A DNA stretch of 64,000 bases, taken from positions 71,798,001-71,862,000 of the forward strand of contig NC_086108.1 of the NCBI RefSeq assembly GCF_963921235.1, in the 5' to 3' direction. The notes below the pieces were generated by a model that was not told where the DNA came from, did not search any database, and was given only the letters and a program-made list of their open reading frames with translations. Positions 37,870-51,129 of this stretch are shown one piece after another. Each line of letters begins with the position of its first letter. Position 1 is the stretch's first letter. The stretch is from Mobula hypostoma. Lineage: Eukaryota. The translations under genes and the position numbers were made by a program.

Positions 37870-39290
37870 TGAGCCAAGGATTGGTGCTGGATCTGTTGTT
37901 TGTCACGTATATCAATGATCTGAATGATAATATAGTAAAATGGATCAGCAAATTTGCAGATCACACCAAGATTGTTGGTGCAGTGGATAGTAAGGAAGAC
38001 TAACTATCAAAACTTGCAGTGGAATCTGGACCAGCTGGAAAAAAGGGCTGAAACATGGCAGATGGAATTTAATGGAACAAGTATGAGGTGTTGCACTTTG
38101 GGAGGATGAATCAAGGTGGGTCTCACACAATCAGCATTAGGGCAGTGAGCAGTGCAGTAGAACAGAGGGATCTGGGAATACTGTTCCATAATTCCTTGAA
38201 TATGGCATCAGAGGTAGGAAGAAAGCTCTTCATAAATCAATGCACTGAGTACAGGAGTTGGAATGCTATGTTGAAATTGTATAAGATGTTGGTGAGGCCT
38301 AATTTGGATTATTATGTGCAGCTTTGGTCACCTATCAACAGGAAAGATGTAAAAAAGATTGAAAGAATGCAGAGAAAAGTTATAAGGATATGGCCGGGAC
38401 TTGAAGACCGGTGTTACAGGGAAAAGTTGAATATTTTTTTTTAGATTATGAGAACACTCAGTCCTCGTTTATTGTCATTTAGAAATGCATGCATTAAGAA
38501 ACGATACAATGTTCCTCCAGAGTGATATCACACAAAAACAGGACTAACCAAAGACTAGCACTGACAGAATCACATAATTATAACATATAGTTACAGCAAT
38601 GCAAATCAATACTATAATTTGATAAAGAACAGACCATGGGCACAGTAAAAAAAAAGTCTCAAAGTCCCGAGTCCCTGATAGCAGGTGGCAAAGGGAGAAA
38701 CTCCCTGCCATAAACCTCCAGGCATCGACAACTGCCGATGCATTGGAAGCACCCGACCACAGCTGACACTGAGTCCGTCTGTCCGAAAACTTAGCTTCCA
38801 ACCAGCCCCTCCGATACAACCTCCCGAGTGCCATCCTCTGCCAAGCGCCTTCGACCTCGCCCGGTTGCCGAAACAAACAAAGCTGAGGATTCGGGGCCTT
38901 CTCCTCCTGAGATTCTGGACCACACAGTAACAGCGGCAGTGAAGCAGGCATTTCAGAAGTTTCTCCAAATGTTCCTCAGTACTCTCACGTCTGTGTCCAT
39001 CAAATCAGAATTGTGCACGGTCCCCTACTTGACAAATAACAGTTAGGACTTCATTCCTTCGAACTTGGAATATTGTGAGGATGTTTGATAGAGGAATACA
39101 AAACTAAGAGGGGTATTGATAGGGTAAATGGAAGCAGGCTTTTTCCACTGAGGTAGGGTGAAACTTTGACATGGGTTAAGGGTGAAAGGTTAAATGTTTA
39201 AGGGGAACTTGAGGGGGAACTTCTTCACTGAGAAGATGGTAAGAATGTGGAATGAGTTGCAAGTGGATGTGATGTTGATTTAAACATTTA
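37870..39290 (+). mobile_element. CR1 3' fragment interrupted by an unclassified insertion at about 38435-39040
   Basis: ORF 38088..38444 (LHFGR...LVRPNLDYYVQLWSP). The host resumes at gttaggact near 39042. Confidence 0.8.
38435..39040 (-). mobile_element. Unclassified CpG-rich retroposed element with an AATAAA plus A-rich tail
   Basis: The minus-strand end reads gacaataaacgaggactgagtgttctcataatctaaaaaaaaa. It interrupts CR1 coding sequence and has no recognisable ORF. Confidence 0.6.
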
Positions 39291-41330
39291 GGATTCTCCT
39301 TTACATTGTCTGCTGGAGCAACTTCCCACCTTCATTTAGCCTTCCTGATTTCTTTCTTAAGTGTTCTCTTGCATTTTCTATTATTCCATAAGCACCTTGT
39401 TTGTTCCTACCTGCCTATACCTGCTATGTACCTCCTTTTTTTCTCTTAACTTTTCTCAATAACTCTTGATCTCTTGATATCCCTTAATACCTCTACACTT
39501 GTTATCTTTACCTTTAATTCTGACAGACACATACAAGCTTTGTACTCTCAAAATTTTGCTTTTGAAGTCTTCCCACTTAGCAAGAACAGGGAACAGCCTG
39601 TCCCAATCCACATTTTCTAGAACATGTTTGATCTAATTGTTATTGCCCTTTCTCCAATTTAGAATCTCACCCTGCAGACCAAACCTATATTTTTGCATAT
39701 TTGCTTTGATGCTAATTGCACATGATCACTAGATGCAAAGTATTCCCCGACACAAACTTCTGTCACCTGCCCTGTCTCATTCACTAATAGCAGATCCAGT
39801 ATCGCATGCTCTCTCATTGGGTCTTCTGCGTACTGATGAAGGAAACTTTCCTGAACACGTTTGACAAACTCTATCCCATTTAGTCCTCTTAGAGTCTGGG
39901 ATACCCAGTCAATATGTGGAAAGATAAAATCACAGACTATAACAACCTTTTGTTTGTTGCAGCAGTCTGTGATCTCTTTACAAATTTGTTCCTCTAAATC
40001 CCTAGGACTGTTGGGTGGTCTGTAATATAATCTCATTAACATGGTCACACCTTCCTTATTTCTCAGTTCCACCCATAAAGCCTCACTAGATGAGAGCTCT
40101 GGTCTGTCCTGACAGAGAACTGCCGTGACATTTTCCCTGATTAGCAATGCCACCCCTCCACCTTTAATCCCTCCCGCTCTGTCACATCTAAAATAACAGA
40201 ACCCTGGAATATTGAACTGCCAGTCCTGCCCCTCCTGCAACCAAGTCTCACTAATGGCTACAATGGCTCAGGACATGGATCTAGGTGTGGATCCATGCCC
40301 TGAGTTCATCTGCCTTTCCTTACTATGATACTTCTTGCAATGAAATATTTGCAGCTCAGGACACTAGTCACATCATGCTCAACCTTTTAATTCCTGACCT
40401 TGTCTGAGGACTTACTAACATCTGCCTCCACAACCTCTCCACTAATTGTTCTGGCACTTTGGTTTCCATCCCCCCGCAATTCTAGTTTAAACCCCACCGT
40501 GCAGCATTAACAAATTAGTCCCTGACAGTTCAGGTGTAAACTGTCCCTTCTGTAAGGTCCCACCTTCTCTGGAAGAGAGCCCAATGATCCAAAAATTTTT
40601 TGCCCTCCCTTCTACACCCTTAGCCGCATGTTAAACTGTATAATCTTCCTATCGGGTGTCACTAGCACGTGGCAGAAGTAGCAATCCTGAGATCACAAAC
40701 CAGTAGGTCCCGCTTGAGAGTGCTGAGGACTCGATCCGAGATGTCCTAGACCCTGGCGCCCAGGAGGCAACATGCCATCAGGGAATCTTGTTCTCACCCT
40801 CGGAACCTCCATTCTGTTGCCCTAACTAATGAATCCCCAATCACTACAGCATGCCTCTTCTTCTCCCTTCCATTCAGAGACAGACCTAATGGAGAGACCT
40901 GACCATTGTGACTTTCATCTGCTAGCTCCCCCCACCCCCCTTACAGTATCCAGAGTGATATCCCTGTTGTTGGGGGTGAGGGGGATGGCCACAGGGGTAC
41001 TCTGCATTGGCTCCTTAACCCCTTTCCCCTTCTTGACTGTCACCCGGTTTCCTATGTTCTACAGCTTGTGTGTAATTTCCTCTTTATTTGTCCTACCTAT
41101 TCACTCCTTCCACCTCCTGAATGATCCAGTGTTCATCCAGTTCCAACTCAACTCCTTAACACGGATTTTTAGAAGCTGCAGCTGGATGCATTTCTCGCAA
41201 TTGTGGTTGTCAGGGACACTGGAGGGACAGAGCACAGGGCACAGAGCACAGGGCACAGAGCACAGGGACTCTGCCTTCCCACATCCCACAAGAGGAGCAT
41301 TCAACTATCCTGCCTGGCACCTCTGCTCTA
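39290..41330 (-). mobile_element. CR1 5' half (ORF1 zinc finger and esterase remnants plus APE)
   Basis: ORF 39659..40240 has GGGVALL, YYRPPNS, ILDLLL and SDH. ORF 41101..41304 has CEKCIQLQLL. Confidence 0.85.
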
Positions 41331-41451
41331 AAGTGCTAAGTGCTTCCAGACGTCTTTCTTTGGTCATATCCCACATATCTAACATTATGCCTTTCAAAAT
41401 TCAATAGGTTTCAATGAATCCCCCTCTTACTGAAACACTTACATATTTGGC

Positions 41452-41755
41452 CATCTATTTATTTATTTATTTATCTATCTATCTATCTATCTATTTATCC
41501 ATCAGTTAGTGTGCGGAACAGGCCCTTCCACCCCAATGAGCTGTGCTGCCCAGTAACCAACCTATTTAACCCTAGCCTAATCACAGGACAATTCACAATT
41601 AAAACCAGACGATGGGAGGAAACCAGAGCACCCGGAGGAAGCCCATGCAGTTCATGGGGAGGACTTACAAGCTCCTTACAGCCAGCACTGGAATCGAACT
41701 TGGAGTTCCGGAATGTCCTGTGCTGTAATAATGTCACACTATGATACCGTGGCAA
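41452..41755 (-). mobile_element. V-SINE-like element with (ATAG)/(AAAT) microsatellite tail
   Basis: V-domain-like ggaggaaaccagagcacccggaggaagcccatgcag, CR1-type 3' end, and a simple-repeat tail at 41452-41500. Confidence 0.7.
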
Positions 41756-41969
41756 CCTTCTAAACTCCAGTGACTACAGGTCCAGAGCCATCAAATGCTC
41801 TTCATATGTTAATCCTTTCATTCCTGGAATCATTCTCAGGAACTACCTTTGGACCATCTCCAAAACCAGCACATCTTTTCTCAGATATAGGGCCCAAAAC
41901 TATTCACAATACTTTGTGTGATCTGACCTATGCCTTATAAAGCCTCAAGCATTACATCCTTTCTCTTAT

Positions 41970-42683
41970 AGAAGCATAGAAAACCTACAGCACAATACAG
42001 GCCCTTTGGCCCACAAAGTTGTGCCGAACATATCCCTTCCTTAGAAATTACTAGGCTTACCTATAGCCCTCTATTTTACTAAGCTCCATGTACCTATCCA
42101 AAAGTCGCTTAAAAGACCCTATTGTATCCGCCTCCACCACCGTTGCCGGCAGCCCATTCCACACACTCACCACACTCTGAGTAAAACATTTACCCCTGAC
42201 ATCTCCTCTGTACCTACTCCCCAGTACCTTAAACCTGTGTCCTCTTGTGGCAACCATTTCAGCCCTGGGAAAAAGCCTCTGACTATCCACATGATCAATG
42301 CCTCTCATCATCTTATACATCTCTATCAGGTCACCGCTCATCCTCCGTCGCTCCAAGGAGAAAAGGCCGAGTTCACTCAACCTGTTTTCATAAGGCATGC
42401 TCCCCAATTCAGGCAACAATCTTGTAAATCTCCTCTGCACCCTTTCTATGGCTTCCACATCCTTCCTGTAGTGAGGCGACCAGAACTGAGCACAGTACTC
42501 CAAGTGGGGTCTGACCAGGGTCTTATATAGCTGCAATATTACCTCTCCGCTCCTAAATTCAATTCCACGATTGATGAAGGCCAATACATCGTATGCCTTC
42601 TTAACCACAGAGTCAACCTGCGCAGCTGCTTTGAGTGACTTGGACCCCAAGATCCGTCTGATCCTCCACACTGCCAAGAGTCT
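41970..42683 (-). mobile_element. Young 5'-truncated CR1, same subfamily as 2513-4610
   Basis: Intact ORF 42057..42677 ending ELSKIEGYR, with the same 3'UTR as the copies at 2513, 50479 and 53310. Confidence 0.92.
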
Positions 42684-44603
42684 AGTCCTCTTGAAATGAA
42701 TGCTAAAATTGCATTTGCCTTCCTTATGACTGACTCAACTAGCAAGTTAACCTTTTGGGAATCCTGCACAAGGACTCCGAAGTCTCTTTGCACCTCTGAT
42801 TTTTGAATAGTCTACCTCTTTATTCCTTCTACCAAAGTGCATGACCATACAACCCCCTACACTATATTCAGTCTGCCAGCTCTTTGCCCATTCTCCCAAT
42901 CTGCTTAAGTCCTTCTGCTGACTCCTTGGTTCCTCAACATTACCAGCCCTCTACCAATCCTCATGTTGTCGACAAAGTTTGGCTGCAAAGCCATCAATTT
43001 CATTATCCAAATCACTGACATATAACATGAAAAGAAGCGGTCCCAACACTGACCTGTATGGAACACTAGTCACGGGGAACCAACTTGAAAAGGCCCCGTT
43101 TATTCCCACTCTTTACCTCCTACCAGTCAGCTAATCTTCTATCCATGCTAGTATCTTTCCTGTAATACCATGGGCTCTTATCGTGGGAGGGAGGGGAGCT
43201 TTGAGGTTCTGACATTTAACTGTTGTTTATTCTTTGGGGCACTCCTCTGTTTTTGTGGATGGTTGTGAAGAAAAAGCATTTCAGGATGTATATTGTATAC
43301 ATTTCTCTGACATTAAATTCTACCTTTGAACCGTATCTTGTTAAGCAGCCTCATGTGTGGCACCTTGTAAAAGGTCTTTTGAAATTCCAAGTAAACAACA
43401 TCCACTGACTTTCCTTTGCTTGTTTTCTCTTGAAAGATTTCCGATCAATTTATCAGGCAACATTTCCCCTCAGGGAAACCATACTGAATGTTTTATTACG
43501 TGCCTCCAAGTACCCTATGGCCACATTCTTAATAATGGACCCCATTATCTTCCCATCCACTGATGTCAGGATAACTAGCCCTATAATTTCCTTTCTTCTG
43601 CCTCCCCCCATTCTTAAAGAGTGGAGTTATATTTGCAATTTTACAGTCCTCCAAAACCAAGACTGCATCTAGTGATTTTTGAAAGATCATTACTAATGCC
43701 TCTGCAATTTCTTCAGTTACCTGTTTCAGAACCCTGGGCTGTAGTCCGTCCGGTCCAGGTGACTCAGCCACCTTCAGACCTTACAGCTTTCAAAGCAATT
43801 TCTCCTTAGTAATAGCAACTATACTTCTGTCACTCTCGAACTTCTGGCACAAAATACATCTGCCATTCCTTTGCTCCACATTACGACCTCTCCGGCATCA
43901 TTTTCAGCACTCTGATACCCACTCTTACCTCTCTTTTACACTACATATCTGAAAAATAAATTTGTGGTTTTTTTTAATATTATTAGTTAGCTTGCCTTCA
44001 TATATAGTCTTCTCCTTTTGTAGCTTTTTAGTTGCCTTCTGTTGATTCTTACAAGCTTCCTATTTGTCTACCTTCTTATTAATTTTTGCTATATTATATG
44101 CTCTCTCTTTTGATTTTATGCTGTCTGTGACTTTCCTGTCAGCCACACTGTTCAGAATACTTTTTCATCTTGGAAATGTGTCCATCCTGCATCTTCAGAA
44201 TTGTACCAGAAACTCCAGCCATCACTGTTCTGCTGGTATCCTTGCTAGTGACCCTTCCAATCAACTTTGGCCAGCCCCTCTCTCATGCCTCTGTCAACCC
44301 CTTTGCTCCACTGTAATACTAATCTATCTGACGTTGGTTTCTCCTTCTCAAACTGCAGGATGAATGCTATTATATTATGATCACTTCCTCCTAAGGGTTC
44401 CTTTACCTTAAGCTCCCTAATGAAATCTGGTTCATTAAGCAACACCCAATCCAGAATAGCCTCTCCTCTAGTGGGCTCAATCACAAGTTGCTCTAAAATG
44501 CCACCTTGTCGGCATTCAACAAATTCCATCTCGTGGGATCAGGCACCAACCTAATTTTCCAAATCTAACTGAAGATTGTAATCCCTGTGACTAATTGTAA
44601 TGT

Positions 44604-44840
44604 TTCATAGGAAGTCATTCCTGCCTGTGGCCATCAAACTTTACAACTCCTCCCTTGGAGGGTCAGACACCCTGAGCCAATAGGCTGGTCCTGGACTTAA
44701 TTCATAAGTTACTGGCATAATTTACATATTACTATTTAACTATTTATGGTTCTATTACTATTTATTATTTATGGAGCAACTGTAACAAAAACCAATTTCC
44801 CCCAGGATCAATAAAGTATGACTATGACTATGACTATGAC
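44604..44840 (+). mobile_element. Rex-like LINE 3' fragment with (TATGAC)4 tail
   Basis: Encodes HRKSFLPVAIKLYNS, then aatttcccccaggatcaataaag followed by (tatgac)4. Confidence 0.75.
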
Positions 44841-46429
44841 TTTACATGCCTTTTCTATCTCCCATTGTAATTTGTATCCCATATCCTGGCTACTGGGTAT
44901 AACACCTATTAGGGTCTTTATACCCAAGCAATTTCTTAACTCTGCCCACAAGAATTCTACATCCTATGATCCCATATCACCTGGATTTAGTTTTATTTTT
45001 TTACCAACAGGGCCACCCCACCCCCTTTGCTTACCTACTAGTCCCTTTGATACAATGTGTATTCTTGGATGTTAAGCTCCCAACTATGATCTTCTTTCAG
45101 CCATGACTCAGTGATGCCCACAGTGTCATACCTGCCAATCACTAAATGCACTGCAAGATCATCTACCTTTTTCCATATACTGCGTGCGTTCAAATATAAC
45201 ACTTGATGTCCTGTATTCATCACCCTTTTCTATTTTGCTCCCGTTACACTTCAACTCATCCCACTGACTTTAGTTCTGTCCTGTCATCTACCTGTCCATC
45301 ATTACAGTCTCCTCACTATACACCGTGTTTTCTTGAAAATCAGCAGCCCTATCTCTGCACTTCCTATCCCCCGCCAATATCATTTAAAGCCCCTCCAACA
45401 GCTCAAGCAAACCTGTCCACAAGGATATTGGTCAGCTATATACTATCCTTTTTGTACAGATCATATATTCCCCAGAAGAGATCCCAATAATCCAGAAAGA
45501 TGAAACCCTGCTCCTTGCACCAGTTCCTCAGCTACACATTCATCTGCCAAATCATCTCACCCTCACTGGGATGTGGCCCAGGCAACAACTCGGAGATTTC
45601 TTTCTTTCGGCTTTCTACCTAACTCCCTATATTCTCTTCAGAACCTCCTCCCATTTCCTCCCTATGTCATTGATACCAATACGTACCTCCATGTCCGACT
45701 GCTTACTCTCACCCCTTAAAATGCTGTGGAACTGATCCGAGACATCCCTGATCCTGGCACCTGGGAGGCAAAGTATCATCTGGGTGTCTCTTTGATGTTG
45801 ACAGAATCTCCTCTCTTCTCCTCTCACTAGGGACTCCCCTGTCATTACTGCACTTCTCTTCTCCTCACTGCCCTTCTGAGCCACAGAGCCAGACTCAGTG
45901 CCAGAGATTTGACCACTGTGGATGTCCTCTGCTAGGCCATCCCCCCAACAGTGTTAAAAGTGGTATACTTATTGTTGAGCATAATGGTCACAAAGGTACT
46001 CTGAAATGGCTGCCTAAACTCTTTCCCCCTCTTGACAGTCACCCAGTTTTCTGTGTCCTGCACCTTGGGTGTAACTCCCTCACTCTATGTCCTGTCATTC
46101 AACTCCCCAGCCTCCTGAATGATCCGGAGTTTAAATCCACTTCCAGTTCCAATTCCTTAATGCTGTCTGAAAGAAGCTGCAGTTGGACGTATTTGCAAGT
46201 ATAATCATCAGGGTGGTATCCCCACCTCCCCAAAAGTGCAGCATTTTCTGCCTGGCATTGCCACTGCTCTAACTATTCAATAAGAAAGAAAAACAAAATG
46301 AAAAAAAATCTGCCTACTGAGTTTGCACACTCTGCTGAAGACACTATGAGCCAAAGCTTGAGATCCCCACTCTACCACTAGCTCCCTCCCACAATGGCCC
46401 TTGCCAATGCCTAACTGTGCACAATCCAA

Positions 46430-48140
46430 CATCTCCTTGTCACCATATGTCACCATGTGAGATTCATTTTCTTGTGAGTATTTACAGTAAATACAAAGAA
46501 ACACAAAATAAAAAAAGTTTTTTGCTTCAGTTGAGTGCCTGATTTGTTTTTTTTTCTCTTGCACATTGGTCTTGGTCTTTTATTTTTATTTCTATTCTTC
46601 TTTTTTCTTTAAATAGGTCTTACTGGTTTCCTGCTTTGTGTCTACCTGTGAGCAAGTAAATCTCAAGGTTGTATAATTTTTACATTCTTTGATAATCAAT
46701 ATACTTGAAACAATGAAAAAATTCACAGAACAAAGGCAGAGAAAGAATTAACGTGAAAAGAAAACCAACTGTTTAAATAAAAAAAAGAAAAAAAACCCAA
46801 AATAATAATAATAAATAAATAAGCAATAAGTATCGAGAACATAAGTTGTCCCTGAAAATGAATCAATATTTTGTAGAATCTGTTCAGTGGTGGGATGAGT
46901 GAAATTGAGTGAAGTTAGCCCCTCTGACTGAAGAGCCTGATTGTTGATGGGTATTAACTGTTCCTCAACCTGGTAGTCTGGGACCCGAGGCTCCTGTACC
47001 ACCTCCCTGATGGCGACAGCGAGAAGAGAGCATGACCTGGATGGTGGGGGTCCTTGATATTGGTGCTGGTGTCCTGCGACAGCATTCCTTGTAGCTGTGT
47101 TCAGTGGTGGGAAATGCTTTACCTGTGATGGACTGGGCTGTATCCACTTCTTTTTGTAGGCTTTTCCATTCAGAGACATTGGTGTTCCCATACCAGGCTG
47201 AGGTGCAACTGCTCTGTATACTCTCCACCGTAAAACTATAGAAGTTTGTCAAAGATTTAGATGATATGATGAATCTTTGCAATCTTCTAAGAAAGTAAAG
47301 TCTCTGCAATGCCTTTTTTGGAATGGTGCTTACAGGCTGAACCCAGGACAGATCTTCTGAAATGATAATGCGAGGAATTGGAAGTTGCTGATCCTCTCTA
47401 CCTCTAATCCCCAGAAAAAAACAGGGTCATGGACCTCCAGTACCTCTTCCTATAATCAATAACCATATCTTTGGTTTTGCTGATATTGAGTGAGATGTTG
47501 TTGTTGTGGCACCAGTCAGCCAGATTTTCAATCTTCCTTCTATATACTAATTCATCACCACAGTTGATTCAGCCAATAATAGTGGTGTTGTTAGCAAACT
47601 CAAATATGGCATTGCAGCTGTACTTAGCCTCACAGTCATAGGTATAAAGTGTGCTGAGCGGGGGGCTAAGCACACAGTCATGTGGTGCACCTGTGCTGAT
47701 GGTAATTGTGGAGGAGATGCTATTGCTAATCCAAACTGAATGAGGTCCACAAGTGAGGAAATTGAGGATCCAGTTGCACAAGAGATATTGAGGCCAAGGG
47801 GTTGGAGCTTATTGATTAGTTTTGAGGGGACGATAAAGCTGTAGTCAATGAAGTACATCTTTGTGTATGCATCTTCACTGTAGAGATGTTCTACGGTTGA
47901 GTTGAAGGGCCAATGAAATGATATTTGCTGTTGACCTGTTGTGACGGGAGGCAAAATGGAGTGGATCCAAGTTGCTTCTCAGACTGGAGTTGATACATTT
48001 CTTCAGCAATCTCTCTAAGCATCACCGTGGATGTAAGTGTTACTGAGTGATAGTCATCAATGCAGGTTGCCACGTTCTTCTTGGGCACCAGTATAAATAA
48101 AGCCTTCTTGAAGCAGGTGGGTACCTCAGAGTGCTGCCTT
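46430..48140 (-). mobile_element. Decayed Rex1/Babar-like LINE (RT region)
   Basis: ORFs 47891..48160 (VPTCFKK..LVPKK), 47569..47781 ([17 protein letters not shown]) and 46965..47309. Confidence 0.85.
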
Positions 48141-48529
48141 TGGCAAGATGGTGCCAGCATCCAATGGCAACATCCTGCAGGTAGCTCAGAAAATGACTAG
48201 ATGCTCTTCTTCTTCTTCAAAATACACTTCTTCTGAACTGTGATTGATTGCAGCCTGTAATGTCCCTTTCAAAGACAAATTTTTGAGTGGACGAAATGAT
48301 CAGGTGCTTCTGCGATCTCCTAGGAGAGCTGGCAAAGGTCAGAGTGAAGAGTGCAGCCACAGCCATCAAGAGAAAGATTAAAATCGCTGAGGATGGAAGT
48401 GGAAAATGGACAGGTGCTCAGTGCATTTGACATCTCTTCTTGCTGCTGCCAGCTGGCTGAAGGTGAAGAAGTTTTGAGTCCCACACTGCCACAATCAGGA
48501 GAAGCTATTGCCCTGCAGCCTTAAGACTG

Positions 48530-50345
48530 TGAGACCATAAGATATAGGAGCAGAATTAGGCCATTTTGCCCATGGAGTCTGCCCTGCCATTTCATCAAGG
48601 CTGATCCATTTTCCTCCCAGTCCCAATCTCCTGCCTTCTCACAGTACCTCTTCGTGCCCTGACCAATCAAAAATCCATCAACCACTGCATTAAATATTCA
48701 TAAAGACAGCCTCCACAGCTGCCTGTGGCAAACAATTACACAGATTCACCACTCCCTGGCTAAAGAAATCCCTCCTCAACTCTGTTCTAAAAGGGTGCCC
48801 CTGTATTCTGAGACTATGTCCTTTGGTCTTTGACGCTCTCACTGTAGGAAGCATCCTCTTCACATCCTGTCTATCAAGGCCTTTCGCCATTTGATAGGTT
48901 TCAATGAGGTCATCCCTCAAACTTCTGAATTCCAGTGAATACAGGCCCAGAGCCATCAAATACTCTTCATATGACAAGCAATTCAATCCAGGAATAATTT
49001 TTGTGAATCTCCTTTGAACCCTCTCCAGTTTCAGCACATCCTTTCTAAAATAAGGGGCCCAGAACTGCTCACAATACTCCAAGTGAGGCCTCATCAGTGC
49101 TTTATAAAATCTGAACATTACATCCTTGCTTTTATATGCTAGTCCTCTTGAAATGAATGCTATCATTGCATTTGCTTTCTTCACCCCAGACTCAACCTGC
49201 AAATTAACCTTTAAGGAATCCTGCACAAGGATTCCCTAGTCCCTTTGTGCCTCAGTTTTTTGTATTTTTTCTCCATTTAGAAAATAGTCAACCCTTTCAT
49301 TTTTCTACCGAAGTGTATGACCATACACTTCCCAATATTGTATTCCATCGACCATTTCTTTGCCCATTCTCCTAGTCTGTCTAAGTCCTTCTGTAGCCTC
49401 TCTACTTCCTCAAAACTACCCACCCCTCCACTGATCTTCATATTGTCTGCAAACTTTACAACAAATTCATCAATTCCATCATCCAAATCATTGACATATA
49501 ACGTAAAAAGAATCGATCCCAATACAGGAAGTGGAACCCCTGTGGAACACTACTGGTCACCGGAAGCTAGTCAGAAAAAGCTTCTTTTATTCCTGTATTT
49601 TACCTCCTGCTAATCAGCCACTCCTTTTCCGTATTGAATCTTTCCTGTAATACCATAGACTCATAACTTGTTAAGCAGCCTCATGCATGGCACCTTGTCA
49701 AAAACCTTCTGGAAATCCAAGTACACAATGTCAACTGATTCTTCATTGTCTCTCCTGATCATTATTTCTACAAAGAATTCCAACAGATTTTTCAGGCAAG
49801 ATTTTCCCTTGAGGAAACCATGCTCACTATGGCCTGTTTTATCATGTGCCTGCAGGTACCCTAAGACCTCCTCCTTAAAAATTGACTCCAACATCTACCC
49901 AACTTCTGTGGTCAGACTGACTGGCCTATAGTTACGTTTCTTCCACCTCTCTCCCTTCTTGAAGAGTGAAGTGACATTTACAATTTTCCAGTCTTCTGGA
50001 AACATTCCAGAATCTAGTGATCCTTGAAAGATCATTAATAATGCCTCCTTGATCTCTTCAGCCAACTCGTCCAGCACCCTGAGGTGTACACCATCTGGTC
50101 CAGGTGACTTATTTACCTTCAGCCCTTTCAGTTTCCCAAGAACCTTCTCTCTAGTTATGGTAACTTCACACACTTCATGACCCCTGACACCTGAAACTTC
50201 CATCATTCTGCTAGTGTCTTCCACAGTGAAGACTGATGCGAAATACTTATTCATTTCATTGGCCCCCATTACTACCTCTCCAACATCATTTTCCAGTGAT
50301 CTGATATCCACTCTCACCTTTTACACTTCATGTATCTGAAGAAAC
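48530..50345 (-). mobile_element. 5'-truncated CR1 LINE
   Basis: ORFs 49895..50317, 49661..49894, 49277..49522 and 48690..49226 carry RT motifs in order. Tail at about 48535. Confidence 0.92.
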
Positions 50346-50478
50346 ATCAAGCCATTGGCCTTCTGGGGTGGGCACTGAACGGGCTCTGCAGCTGTGGACT
50401 CACTTCTGTGGACTCTGCAGTTCATGTTTCTTGTGTTTTTGTTTATTTCTTGTTTTTAAAAAACTATTTTCATGATTT

Positions 50479-50829
50479 AACATAGAAAACCTACCGCACA
50501 ATACGGGCCTTTCGGCCCACAAAGTTGTGCCGAACATGTCCCTACCTTAGAAATTACTAGGCTTACCCACAGCTCTCTATTTTCTAACTCCATGTACCTA
50601 TCCAAAAGTCTCTTAAAAGACCCTATTGTATCCACCTCCACCACCGTTGCTGGCAGCCCATTCCACGCACTCACCACTCTCTGAGTAAAAAACTTATCCC
50701 TGACATCTCCTCTGTACCTACTCCCCAGTACCTTAAACCTGTGTCCTCTTGTGGCAACCATTTCAGTCCTGGGGAAAAGCCTCTGACTATCCACACGATC
50801 AATGCCTCTCATCATCATCTTATATACCT
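50479..50829 (-). mobile_element. Short young CR1 3' end
   Basis: ORF 50477..50818; same subfamily as 41970-42683. Confidence 0.9.
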
Positions 50830-51129
50830 AGGTGATCGAGGCACTTCAGCACTGAACTGATTCTGGGACCCTGGACCGGCTTCACTCCCCTCAGTGACTC
50901 GGTGGTTTCCGACTTACTTTTGGGGACTCTGCGGTTAATGTTACTTGTGCTTTTTACTGTTTGCACGACTTGTTTTTTCACACTTTGCATGCTTGATGGT
51001 CCTGTTGTGTAAGTTTTTTCTTTAAACAGGGTTTATTGTGTTTCCTTGTTTTGTGGCTGGCTGCAAGAACTTGAATCTCAAGGTTGCATACTTTATACAT
51101 ACGTTGATGATAAATGTACATAGAATTTT

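Larger units (their letters stand above)
41340..46270 (-). mobile_element. Long decayed CR1 (ORF1 esterase, APE, RT) with several nested insertions
   Basis: ORFs 45627..45884 (esterase), 45038..45223 (YLNARS, ITESWL), 44245..44529 (ILDWVL, SDHN) and 43529..43771 (SPGPDG). Confidence 0.85.

Noticed and set aside
41227..41268. Three copies of a 14-bp unit (CAGAGCACAGGGCA) as a CRISPR-like or functional array
   Set aside because: A simple tandem duplication without spacers, inside a dead CR1 ORF1 in a eukaryotic genome.
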